The notes beneath the pieces were generated by a model. It did not search any database, was not told the DNA's origin, and saw nothing but the letters and a program-made list of their open reading frames with translations. 64,000 bases of DNA. Source: Malacoraja senta. Its lineage: Eukaryota. How positions within the stretch are numbered: position 1 is the first letter of the stretch; every line of letters starts with the position of its first letter. Where the stretch lies: assembly GCA_038087875.1 (NCBI GenBank), contig CM075989.1, positions 14,076,001 through 14,140,000 of the forward strand, given 5' to 3'. The position numbers and the translations under genes were made by a program. Positions 53,696-64,000 of the stretch are shown here, in pieces.

Positions 53696-54252
53696 ATGTC
53701 CCTTTGCATTTGACTTCTGTCCCTTTGCATTTGACTTCTGTGCCTTTGCATTTGACTTCTGTCCAGTACATGTGCCCTGTACTGCTGTTGGTAAGCTCTA
53801 ACAGCATCACACTGGCTTTTGGTGTGACCCGTTCCCGAGCACTTGAAACACCTACTATCTCTGACTTTACACATCGCCGGCTCATGGCTGCCTCCACATC
53901 TCCAGCACTTCTTGGAGTTGTGAATCTTGTCTCTGGATGCCCTTGAGGGATTCCATGCCTCCTTTAGTTCAGGCTCCTTGTCTCTGGATGCCCTTGGAGG
54001 TTTTGGCGAGAATTGAGCCATTAATGCCTCCTCACATTCCTCGTACGTTTTACTCGTGGGCTTTGCTGGCTGCAGCAACGCACGTAAGGTGTGATAACCC
54101 TTGCTTCCTAAGCCTACAATGAACCAATCTCTCTTCTTCTCCTCCGCAGTGATATCATTGAAAATGAACCAAGCCTCCAAGACTTCGGTCCATTTCTCAA
54201 AATTATACCCCGAATCTAACTGGGGCACATTTCTTACAATTAAAGTAGCCAT
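53293..54252 (-). CDS. gag: Gag-IQ-repeat fusion ORF, 319 aa (Mag-like Gag N-terminus, two zinc knuckles, ASPM IQ motifs)
   Basis: FEKWTEVLEAWFIFNDI..KKRDWFIVGLG..Y..LRALLQPAKPTSKTYEE..L..QFSPKP; knuckles CWRCGGSHEPAMC and CFKCSGTGHTKSQC; then four IQ-like motifs in the same frame. Confidence 0.85.
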   Translation of the reverse strand: MATLIVRNVPQLDSGYNFEKWTEVLEAWFIFNDITAEEKKRDWFIVGLGSKGYHTLRALLQPAKPTSKTYEECEEALMAQFSPKPPRASRDKEPELKEAWNPSRASRDKIHNSKKCWRCGGSHEPAMCKVRDSRCFKCSGTGHTKSQCDAVRAYQQQYRAHVLDRSQMQRHRSQMQRDRSQMQRDMTIQRATLTIQAAFRGMKVRREIRDKQKAATVIQAVFRMQRVYRPYRAMRLAAIIVQTHYRAHLQMETDRKTYMKVCSSVVLLQAAYRGMVVRKQLRCMPRSYRPIIKCINSVSISRNYAGPPLLYSNDTGLAR

Positions 54253-54853
54253 GCTACCCTGTTGCTATTCAGGTGCACTATGTTCTGTTCTCTCACTGTG
54301 TTCTCTGCACTGGACTTAATCCTTTTACACACTAAGAAGTTATCCAGCCCACTGACTATTACTAATTCTTATAATAATAGATTTATACTAATAAATCAAC
54401 ATTTCATGTTAATAGCAAACTAGAACATTTAAACCATATACCTGCTATGCACACAGATTTACTTAAATCATTGATACAGTGTCCATACATTAAATTCATA
54501 CAGTCCAGCTTTTACTGTGAGTAATTCACTAGTCCGACCTGACTGTCTCTGGACTCCGATGCCTCAGCGACCTCTCGGGCTGTCCTCACCGTTGCTGTCT
54601 TCAGCGGGCTGTTGCTGGCTTTTGCTGGCTTTTGCTGCTTTGCTGGCTTCACGGCTGGCCTGGCTGTTGCTGGCTTTTGCTGCTTTGCCTGTTGCTGGCT
54701 TCATGGCCTGGCTGTTGCTGGCTTTGTCCCGCTCTTCTCACGGCCGGGCCCGCTCTTCTCGCGGCCTGGGCTTTCTCTGCTTATGGCCGTCTCTCGCGGC
54801 CGAGCTGGCTCTGCTCACGGCCGTCTCTTGTGGCCGGCAGGAGACTCGGCTGT

Positions 54854-55015
54854 CGTCGGTGGCGGTTGCCGGACCTGTCCGTGGGCTGCACGGTACTGGC
54901 CCTCACCCGACGTCGGTGGCGGCTGCTAGGCCTGGCCGTGGGCTGCACGGCCCTGGAACTCACCCGACGTCGGTGGCGGCTACTGGGCCTGGATGTTGGC
55001 TGCACAGCCCTGGAA
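54854..55015. repeat. 57-bp GC-rich tandem repeat (about 3 copies) in the element's 5' leader
   Basis: CGTCGGTGGCGG recurs at 54854, 54911 and 54968. Confidence 0.85.
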
Positions 55016-55285
55016 AGCGTTCCAGGTAAGCTGACACCGCTGTCCTGCTGGTTAGGCTTCTAGCTTCCAGCTGCGCTCTTCGGTGACACTTACTGCCTCG
55101 CTTGTTTTCCGTGCGCTCTTGCTTCCCGTTCCGACCTTTCTTTTCTTTGGCGCCAATTCAAATACCATTTGGCGCCAAATCTTTTTGCTTGGTGCCGTTC
55201 CAATTTGTGTCGCCAAATACCAACTCTTTTAAAACTTTTTTTCTTTTCTCTTGGCAGTACTCGTTCTTCTCTTCTCAGTTCTTTG

Positions 55286-55298
55286 ATCCTCGTCGCCA
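55286..55298 (-). promoter_or_regulatory. Primer binding site, tRNA-Ser(GCT)
   Basis: Minus strand TGGCGACGAGGAT, 2 nt after the 5' LTR; complementary to the recalled 3' end (ATCCTCGTCGCCA) of vertebrate tRNA-Ser(GCT). Confidence 0.85.
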
Positions 55299-55300
55299 AT

Positions 55301-55458
55301 TGTTGTGTATTTGTTGCTTGGAACGGTCTTTAAATAATAATCGGACACGGGAGTAAACTAACAAGCTTCTTTATTCTAAACGCCACCTTGAGTCTCTCCT
55401 GCGCATGCGTACCATTGCGCAAGACATCAAATATGTTAATTATATTACATAACTAACA
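55301..55458 (-). repeat. 5' LTR (158 bp)
   Basis: Direct repeat of 51711-51868; adjacent to the PBS. Confidence 0.97.
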
Positions 55459-55554
55459 GATATGTAATATAATGCTCATCTGGTATCTGAAAGCATTAAG
55501 TGTCTGGGAGATTTTGCCTGAAGATGGGTCCCAACCTGTGGTGGGATGGTGGGT

Positions 55555-55860
55555 GGCCAAGGTGGTGCTGCAGTAGTGTTGCTGCGCCGGAGACCCAGGT
55601 TCGATTCCGACTATGGGTGCTGTCTGTATGGTGTTTGTACGTTCTCCCCGTGACCGCGTGGGTTTTCTCTGAAATCTTCGGTTTTCTCCCACACTCTAAA
55701 GACGAACAGGTATGGAGGTTAATTGGCTTGGTGTATGTGTAAATTATCTCTAGTGTGTGTAGGATAGTGTTAATGTGCGGGGATCGCTGTTCAGTGCAGA
55801 CTTGGTGGGCCAAAGGGCCTGTTTCCACGCTGTATCTCCAAACTAAACTAAAAACTAAAC
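55555..55860 (+). mobile_element. tRNA-derived SINE (V-SINE/HE1-like)
   Basis: ggttcgattcc B box, conserved body and (ctaaa)n tail. Confidence 0.85.
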
Positions 55861-56499
55861 CCGAAATGTCACCTATCCATGTACTCCAGAGATGCTGCCT
55901 GACTCACTGAGTCTCTTAGCTTTTGAACCTACAACACTTTGTGTCTTAGCTTTTGAACCACTTTAGTTCGGGATGGATTCTTGTCTGTATCCTCATCTAT
56001 CAAATTATCTTGGTGGTCGGGTGAAGTTGGGAGTGGCTCTAATGGGGAGAATCAATGTTGGTACCAGAAGCTGCCTGATATTACATTTCTTTGGTGTGAC
56101 TGGAAAGATTCTATAAAATATATTGTATCAATTTTCATGTCTGTTTTCCATTTGTTCAATCCATGTATTACTTCTCCTCAGCAACTATCTAGCTTTGGTG
56201 AGTAAGCTTGGGTTTGCTTATTGACTGTGTCTGCTCTAAACAACAGCACACACTCAATAAATCTATAAAATTGATACAATTATTATTCAATGGGGAATGA
56301 AAATAACATATTTATTTTATCAGGAGCTGGCACAAACCTGATGAAGTGAATGCTGTACCAATTCTATGATTTTATCTACCATTTGTATCTAGAGCATTTC
56401 GAAGAAGAACTCATGAAACAAACTTTAAAAATGACATAAATCATGCATTGCAGATTTCTTAAAATGATCACATTTTGACATGCTACTGAAATATTTAAA

Positions 56500-57100
56500 G
56501 TATTGAGTATGTAAGTTGCGATGTTATGTTACAGTTGTGCAAGATATTTGTGAGGCTGAATTTGGAGTATTGTGTTCAGTTTTGGGCATTATAGGGAGGA
56601 TGTTGTTAAGATGGAAAGTATGTAGAGAAGATTTATGAGGATTTTGCCAGGACTTGAGGGCGTGTGCTAGACTGAAAGGCTGAGCAGTCTAGGACTTTAT
56701 TCCTTGTTGAAGCGCAGGAAGCTGAGAGGTTATCTTATAGAGGTGCATCAGATCATGAGGGGAGTAGATGGGGTAAATGCATAGAGTCTTTTACCCAGGG
56801 TAGGGAAATCAAGAACCAGAAGTCATAGGTAAGGTGAGAGGGGAAATATTTAATAAGAACTTGAGGGGCAATATTTTCACAGAGGGTGGTGGGTATACAG
56901 AATGAGCTGCCAGAGGAGGTAGTTGAGGCAGGTACTATACTGTAACAACATTTAAAATACATTTGGACTGGTACATGGATGGGAAGCGCTTAGAGGAATA
57001 TATGGGCCAAATGCAGGCAGGTAGGACTAGCGTAGATGGGGCATTTTGGTCAGTTTGGGCAAGTTGGGCCGAATGGCCTGTTTCTGTGCTGCATGACACT
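56500..57100 (+). mobile_element. CR1 LINE 3' end, decayed
   Basis: ttggagtattgtgttcagttttgg (LEYCVQFW) and CR1 tail. Confidence 0.85.
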
Positions 57101-58637
57101 AAATATACTAAATTGTATAAAAGTAAATTAGTAACCTTCAGTTTGCTTTATTCAGAAACACTTGTGCAAAAGGCACACTCTTATCATGGAAAGTTAATTT
57201 AGCCAGATGGTAACTGGAAAAACTACTTGCTTCTGTGTAAAAGGCTGGTGTGCATTCCAAGCATTTACATTGTGGATGAACAACATCACAATAATTATTG
57301 TATAGATCCAACTTTTTTAATAATATGAACTCAGCATTGTTTCAATAAATATTTCAACAATTTTTGTCAATGCTTTGGAAATCACTTTGTCTTGTTTTCA
57401 ATGCGGCTACGACCATTGTGGTTGAGGTCTTGCCTGTCCTTGGTTGGAGACCTGTTGCTAACATGCAGATGAGTGTCCTTTGTAGCATGCCAGTGCATTC
57501 TTGAGACGCCAGTAGGGGGTTCTGTTTGTGGAAGGATAGGATATTGTATTGTTTATTTTTAATGTGTTGATAAATTTGATTATTTTAGGTAAATATTGGG
57601 TTGATTATTTTTCTGTGAATTTTTCCAAGCATAACCTTAATGCTGTTACAATTAATGTTGTGAAGATGGGCAGTTCTTGAATTTTTATTAGAATGCTGAC
57701 CTAAAATTCTTTGCCAGTTGGTTGTACATCTCAGTGTCAGGGTATTGTTCCTAGAACAATGCCTCTCTCTTTCTGTGATACACACAGTTTAGATTAATAT
57801 TTACTTGAAGTGCCAATGTGTTTGAAGTCTGTGAAATATATAGTGAATACAAATATTTTCCTGTCCTTTATTGGTTTATCATTGCTTGTATAATCCAAAT
57901 ACGCATTCAATAATTTTGCCATTTGATGTTTATGGTGGTAATTTTGCTTGAGTTCATTTTAAGAGGTCAATATAGGTGCCATGAGATCATTTTAATGTGT
58001 GCACTTCATCTCCCAACCACTACCATACTGTCATCCCAGCTATTTTTGAATAATGCTGGCATTCATTGATTATTAATAATCACAGGATCATATATATATT
58101 CAAAGAAACTAGCTGGAGTCAGCATAATACGTGAGTAGAATTGATATCAAACATTTAATATTCTTGTAGCAGTATGCATATGCAGTTCCTTTGGAGGTTG
58201 AGCAGGTGTAGATGGTTTCTTCAGCTTTCACAGAAGATTTCATGCACTGGAAAATTTTATTGAAGATTGAACATGTAGATTCTTCGGTTGATTACGACAT
58301 GTTTATGGTTTGCATTCTGCTTCACTCTGTAATGATAAAATCTTGCCAAAGTCTTGGAAAACTCCACACATTTCTGCCATCAGCCCACAACCTTTTCAGA
58401 CCAGGCAAAATAATTGTAACTTCTGCTGGAGTAGGAGAGTGAGTTTTACAGAAATTCTCTTTCAATCCGAACCAGTTAGAATCTAGTTTAGTTGATGTGA
58501 TTCATGGTGCTGAAACTATTGGAAACCTTTATGGTTTTGCAACCTTCTCAGAAAAAATTATTGTCTACCGTATGAAAAAGCATTCCCCTTACTGCAATCA
58601 GTCTGGTATGGCGTTGATGTTACAACTCTGATGCTAG

Positions 58638-59885
58638 GCAAGGGTGCTTGACTAATCTTTTGGAATTTCTTGAGGATGTAACTAGGAAAATGGACAAGGG
58701 AGAGCCAGTGGATGTAGTGTACCTGGACTTTCAGCAAGCATTTGATAAGGTCTCACATAGGAGATTAGTGGGCAAAATTAAGGCACATGGTATTGGGGAT
58801 AGAGTAATAACATGGATAGAAAATTGATTGGCAGACAGGAAACAAAGAGTAGGGATTAACGGGTCCCTTTCAGAATGGCAGGCAGAGACTAGTGGGGTAC
58901 CTCAAGGCCCGGTGCTGAGACCGCAGCTATTTACAATATATATTAATGATTTAGATGAAGGGATTAGGTAACATTAGCAAATTTGCAGATGACACAAAGC
59001 TGGGTGGCGGTGTGAACTGTGAGGAGGATGCTATGAGAATGCAGGGTGACTTGGACAGGTTGGGTGAGTGGGCATATGCATGGTACAAGCAGTTTAATGT
59101 GGATAAATGGGAGGTTATCCACTTTGGCAGCAAAAACAGGAAGGCAGATTATCTACATGGTGTCAAGTTGGGAAAAGGGGAAGTACAATGGGATCTGGGG
59201 GTCCTTGTTCATCAGTCAATTAAAGTAAGCATGCAGGTACAGCAGGCAGTGAAGAAAGCGAATGGCATGTTGGCCTTCATAACAAGAGGAGTTGAGAATA
59301 GGAGCAAAGAGGTCCTTCTGCAGTTGTACAGTGCCCTAGTGAGACCACACCTGGAGTATTGTGTGCAGTTTTTGTCTCCGAGTTTGAGGAAGGACATTCT
59401 TGCTATTGCGGGAGTGCAGCTTAGTCAATGGGGACAAGGTTAATTCCCAGGATGGCGGGACTGTTATATGCTGAGAGAATTGAGCGGCTGGGCTTGTATA
59501 CTCTGGAATTTAGGATGAGAGGGAATCTTATTGAAACATATAGGATTATTAAGGGTTTGGACATGTTCCCGATGTTGGGGGAGTCCAGAACCAGGGGCCA
59601 CAGTTTAAGAATAAGGGCTAAGCCATTTAGAACGGAGATGAGGAAACACTTTTTCACACAGAGAGTTGTGAGTCTGTGAAATTCTTTGCCTCAGAGGGCA
59701 GTGGAGGCCGGTTCTCTGGATACTTTCAAGAGAGAGCTAGATAGGGCTCTTAAGGATAGCGGAGTCAGGGGATAAGGGGAGAAGGCAGGAACGGGGTACT
59801 GATTGTGCATGATCAGCCATGATCACATTGAATGGTGGTGCTGGCTCAAAAGGCCGAATGGCCTACTCCTGCACCTATTGTCTAT
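58638..59885 (+). mobile_element. CR1 LINE RT and 3' end
   Basis: CLTNLLEF, YLDFQQAFDKV, ISKFADDTKLGG and LVRPHLEYCVQF; highly similar to 16545-17800. Confidence 0.95.
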
Positions 59886-59889
59886 AAGG

Positions 59890-60640
59890 GTGTGTTCTCA
59901 GCCCCTTACTGTACCCTTTACACTCATGACTCTCGCCAAACTTTGCAGTAACTCCATTTACAAGTTTGTAGAAGACACCACTGTAGTAGGCCGGATCTCG
60001 AACAATGACAGGATACTGAATACAGGAAGAAGATAGAGCTCTTAATAACATAGTGTCAAGCCAACAACCTCTCCCTCAGCAAGATGAAGGAGCTTGTTAT
60101 TAACTTCAGGAATCGTGATGGTGGACACAATTCAGTGAACATCAATGGTTCTGAAGTGGAGATGCTTCTAGGCATAAATATCACCAATCATTTGTTCTGG
60201 ATGAAGCACATTGAAGCTACAGAGAACAAAGCACACCAATGTCTCTATTTCCCCAGTCTCCTGCATGTCTCAAATGATGCTTTTCAAAGTCTAAAGATAC
60301 ACTGTGCTCCATCGGGATGCTCTTCTGCTCTGCCCAATAACCTAAGAAATTGCAAAGAGTTGTGGAATTATGGGCAAAAACTTGAAAGCGCGTGCCACCA
60401 GATCCAGGAACAGCTTCTTCTATTCTCTCAGACTACTGAACGGACCTTTTACAATCTAAGGGTGTACGTCATAAAGCTGTAACATTATATTCTGCAGTCT
60501 GGTATTTTTCTCTTTGAATTACCTTCTGAATTTGTGTGTGTCTGCATTGTACTTGTGTGTCATACAGTTTGACTGGACAGCATTGCACACCAGGTTTTTC
60601 ACTGTATATTGGTACACATGACAAAAATAAACCAGAACCA
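59890..60640 (+). mobile_element. Rex1/Babar-like LINE remnant
   Basis: NSIYKFVEDTTVVGRISNND, MKELVINFR and KAHQCLYF. Confidence 0.7.
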
Positions 60641-60683
60641 AATAACTGAACCGGTCAATCCCACCATCAACAACATTTGTGAA

Positions 60684-60888
60684 CTTCACGTTTTTCTATT
60701 TTCTACTATCTATTTTTCCTCTTTTTCTTCTCTCTATTTTTTTTTTTTTTACTTCCTTTTCAAAAACATAAAACTAGAGGTTGTACATAGAATGAATTAC
60801 ATTATGACATAGTTGGCACCTAAAATTAGGTACCACTGTATTGTTTTGTACTGTATTAACTTCTAATAAAATAAACAAAAAACAAAAA
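60684..60888 (+). mobile_element. Short poly(A)-tailed retro-insertion (L1/Tx1-type 3' end)
   Basis: AATAAA plus A-rich tail; 15-bp TSD AACAACATTTGTGAA (60669-60683, 60889-60903). Confidence 0.75.
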
Positions 60889-62331
60889 AACAACATTTGT
60901 GAATTTGCAACGATTTCATGACATATGCATTGATCCACACCTTCAGCTCATTCATCTTTCCTGTGAGACTCCGTACATTGTTGTAAATACAGTTAAACTG
61001 ACACTCATGCTTTCCTTCCTGTCTCTGTTTTCTCATTGGCCTGCCTGTAAATTGTTCTACATATAGTCAGCCCTAGAGTCATAAAGTGAGTTGTATATTA
61101 TAGAAGTAGACAATTTGGTCCAACTTTTTAATACTGACCAAGTTGCCCACCTGAGTTTTGTCCCATTTGCCTGCATTTAGCCCATAGTCCATAAAACCTT
61201 TCGTCTCCCTGTATCTGTCCAAATGTCTTTGAATTGATGTAATTGTATGTACATCTATGCACCACCTCCTTTGGCAGCTTCCGCTTAACCACTATCTTCT
61301 ATGTGAAAAAACTTAGCCCTAGGTTTCCTTTAAATCCTTGTCCTCTCCCTTTCAACCTATACATCCACGTTTCAAGTTCCCCATCCTACTGTGACCATAT
61401 CTATGACCCTCATAATGAGATCTACTTTATAAACTTACTTTTCAGCCTTCTACTCTCCAGGGAAAAAGTTCTAGCCTATCCAGATTCTTGAAAACTCATA
61501 TCCTCCGTTTGAATCTTTTGTTCATGCTCTCCAACTTCATGTCATCCTTCTTAAAGCTGCACCAAACTGCACACAGTACTCATTCATGGTGTTACCAATG
61601 CCTTGTACAATTGTAACACGACATCTCACCCCTTATACTCAATGCCCTAACCCATGGAGGTCAGTCTGCCAAGATCCTTATTCGGCACTCTATGTACCTG
61701 TGTCGGCACTGCCAGGGAATTATTTACTTGTACCTCTAGGTCTCTCTGTTCTATAGTACACTGTAGGGGCCTGCATTTACCTGCCCTGGTTTAACTTCCC
61801 AAAACATAATACTTTGCGCTGATCCAAGTTAAATTCTATCTGTCAATCTTTCGCCCACTTTCCCAGTTGATCTGGATCATGTTGTAATCTTAGATAGCCT
61901 TCTTTATTGACCACTATGCCATCAATTTTGGTGTCTTGACATTCTGGATCCTGCTCCCTCATCTTATTTGTTTAAACCTTCCTGGGGAGTACCAGCAAAC
62001 CTTCCTGCAAAGATATAGGTCCCCCTTTAGTTCAGGTACAACCAGCTATTATTTTACAGGTCTACCTCAGAAGAGATGCCAGTGATCTAAAAATGTGAAG
62101 CCATTCCCCTTGCACGAGCTCTTTATCCATACATTTATCTGACCTATCTTCCTATTTCTATAACCATTCACACGTGGCACAAATTTATCCTGAGATAATA
62201 TCAACACTATATAACTTTTGTCTAACATCCTTAATTCTCTTTGCTGGCCTGTACCTCTGTTCTTACCTATGTTGTTAGGACTAAATGTACTATGATCTCT
62301 TGTGGAATGTTTTGTATCAGCTCTCAGGTGC

Positions 62332-62381
62332 GGGGTGGGAGATTGCAACCTTCACGTGACCCTGTTTCGACGAATGCAATC
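62332..62381 (+). ncRNA. HDV-like self-cleaving ribozyme motif (minimal, probably damaged copy)
   Basis: P1 GGGGTGG, P2 GATTGCA/TGCAATC, P3 ACC, L3 TTCACGT, J4/2 CGAA. The P3'/P1' strand appears to lack about 4 nt. Confidence 0.6.
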
Positions 62382-62466
62382 AACCCGGCGTGCACAATCA
62401 AATAAGATCAAATAGAACAAGTTGTCGTACAACTTTAGGCTGTGCACGCCATACACAAGAAGAAGA
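62332..62466 (+). mobile_element. 135-bp retroelement: HDV-like ribozyme head plus structured (AAG)n tail (Vingi/Ingi- or RTE-like)
   Basis: 13-bp TSD AGCTCTCAGGTGC (62319-62331, 62467-62479); tail ccatacacaagaagaaga. Confidence 0.8.
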
Positions 62467-63599
62467 AGCTCTCAGGTGCCAAGGTCAATAATATTCTTGA
62501 CCCTGGGACCTAAGAAGCAATACATCATCTTGGCATCTCACTCACGGCCACAGAAACACCTGTCAGTTCCCTTGTTTATTGAGCCCCTTATCACTGCTGT
62601 ATTTTGGACTTCGTCCTTCCCTGCTGTACAGCAGAGCCAGTCGTAGGGCCACCTATTGGCTGCAGCTGCTTTCCCCTGAAAGGCTATTCTCACCAACCGT
62701 ATCCAAAATAATATACCTGGTAGGGAGAGGAATAGCCACAGGAACTGCTGCACCACCTGCCCGCCCCTCCTGGTGATCACCCATCTACTATCCAGCTAAT
62801 ACTGCGGTGTAACCCAAGCTCCTATTTATCTGTAACACTTTCTGTCTCCAATGTGCTCCTCAATATGTCCAACTGCTGCTCCAACCAATCTGTGGGGTCT
62901 GAAAAGAGCTGCAGCTGGACATAGTTGTCGAGGAAACTTAACTTTTCCCCATCTCACAGAAGGAGCATTCCACTGCTGACTGCACTTTGATCTCAGCAAC
63001 AGCACTTTGATCTCAGAAGCAGCATTCTCAAAAAGACTGCTCAGTATGTGGTATTTTTCACCCTAGAAAGGTATTGATTCATTTAAACTGTCATGTCTTT
63101 TCAATCATCTAGGTAATAATTTGAGTGCTGGCACAGCCATCTCTGTTTACTTTGGCATACTCCACCTCCTTGAACATCTTTCCATTTAAAATAAAAATAA
63201 CAAAAATCATGTGCTCTTTAGATACTGAATGGAGAAGTGAAGTACTTTCTGCAACCGATTCTAATGTCAAGCATGTCAAGCAAGTATGTTCCCTAGTTTG
63301 TGATTTGTGGTCATAACTGCCCTTTCAGTCACGGAGCACTCTTCCTTTAGGGAGCATCTACCCGCATTGTTCACAGCCTGATTAATCTTCGTACCGTTGC
63401 TCCAAATAGCTTTCCTGTGGTATCTGTGATGTATTACCTGCACCATTGCGTTCTCATTATATTTTAGTGGCACATTTTCACTGTTGACCAAAGGTGGGAA
63501 ATGTGTTTTGTTGATAAATAAATCATTGGAGTAGTCTCTAATATGTCAACCAATGGTAGGAGAGTACAGACAGTGCCTTGATAAGAAGGGAATAATATA

Positions 63600-63897
63600 C
63601 CGGCACTCCCTGACTTATGCAACAGGCAACCTATGTAAACTCGCACTTACGTTAGCAATTCTTTAAGCTAACTGCTTTACTTCAGAGTTGCATGTCTCAG
63701 TAGCAGTCCGCTACTGCTGTTGCATGTGGCCATTCCCGCAAGCTAGTCAGCTGTTCTTGTGGGAGTTCCTATGTGGTCTCTGCGTCGAATAGTAAATGTA
63801 CAGGTATGTAGTAGCACTTCCGTTTCTGACTTGCGTAACATCTGATTTATGTGAGGATCCACGGGACGTGACCCTTACGTAAGTCGGGGAGCATCTG
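63600..63897. mobile_element. Tc1/mariner (Tigger/pogo-like) MITE, old
   Basis: TA-flanked imperfect TIRs CCGGCACTCCCTGACTTATG / CGTAAGTCGGGGAGCATCTG. Confidence 0.6.
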
Positions 63898-64000
63898 TAA
63901 TGTGGAAGAGATATTAGTACCTCATAGTTCTGTTTTTTTATTGCGAAAATAATAATCATGGGTTAATATTACTCATACTTGCCTTGATTTTAACTTGCTC

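Larger units (their letters stand above)
51711..55458 (-). mobile_element. Complete non-autonomous Gypsy (Mag-like) LTR retrotransposon carrying ASPM and TLK2 cDNA fragments
   Basis: TG...CA LTRs at 51711-51868 and 55301-55458; TSD GATAT (51706-51710, 55459-55463); PBS, PPT and gag present; no pol motifs in the 3.4-kb interior. Confidence 0.95.
61940..62930 (-). mobile_element. CR1 ORF1 (SGNH esterase-like) remnant, joined to a CR1 3' fragment at about 61070-61940
   Basis: AVIRGSINKGTDRCFCGRE and RNRKIGQINVWIKSSCKGNGFTFLDHWHLF. Confidence 0.7.

Noticed and set aside
54517..55063. + strand Leu/Ala/Cys-rich ORFs
   Set aside because: Antisense to the LTR element and explained by GC-rich tandem repeats.

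Overview
Eukaryotic, repeat-rich vertebrate DNA. The repeat content (CR1 LINEs, V-SINE-like tRNA SINEs, Rex1/Babar-like LINEs, Penelope-derived hairpins) points to a cartilaginous fish, probably a skate or ray; this is inference. Most of the window is intronic sequence of one unidentified + strand gene, with phase-compatible exons at 5398-5542, 24535-24660, 38049-38330 and possibly 31358-31423. The main result is two unrelated LTR elements whose coding interior is replaced by chains of intron-less host mRNA fragments. (1) A complete, young Gypsy/Mag-like element at 51711-55458 (- strand; 158-bp LTRs with 2 mismatches, GATAT TSD, tRNA-Ser PBS, no pol). Its Gag is fused in frame to ASPM IQ repeats, which join in frame to TLK2 coiled-coil sequence. 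(2) The 3' part of an ERV-like element at 1-2488 (+), carrying ZNF276, CRACR2/RAB44-family and THBS2 fragments ahead of an env-TM-like remnant, a PPT and an LTR. Also present: a 135-bp TSD-flanked mini-retroelement starting with an HDV-like ribozyme fold (62332-62466), and TSD-flanked hairpin elements with hammerhead-like cores. Gene assignments come from recalled protein motifs, not database searches. Boundaries of decayed TEs are approximate.
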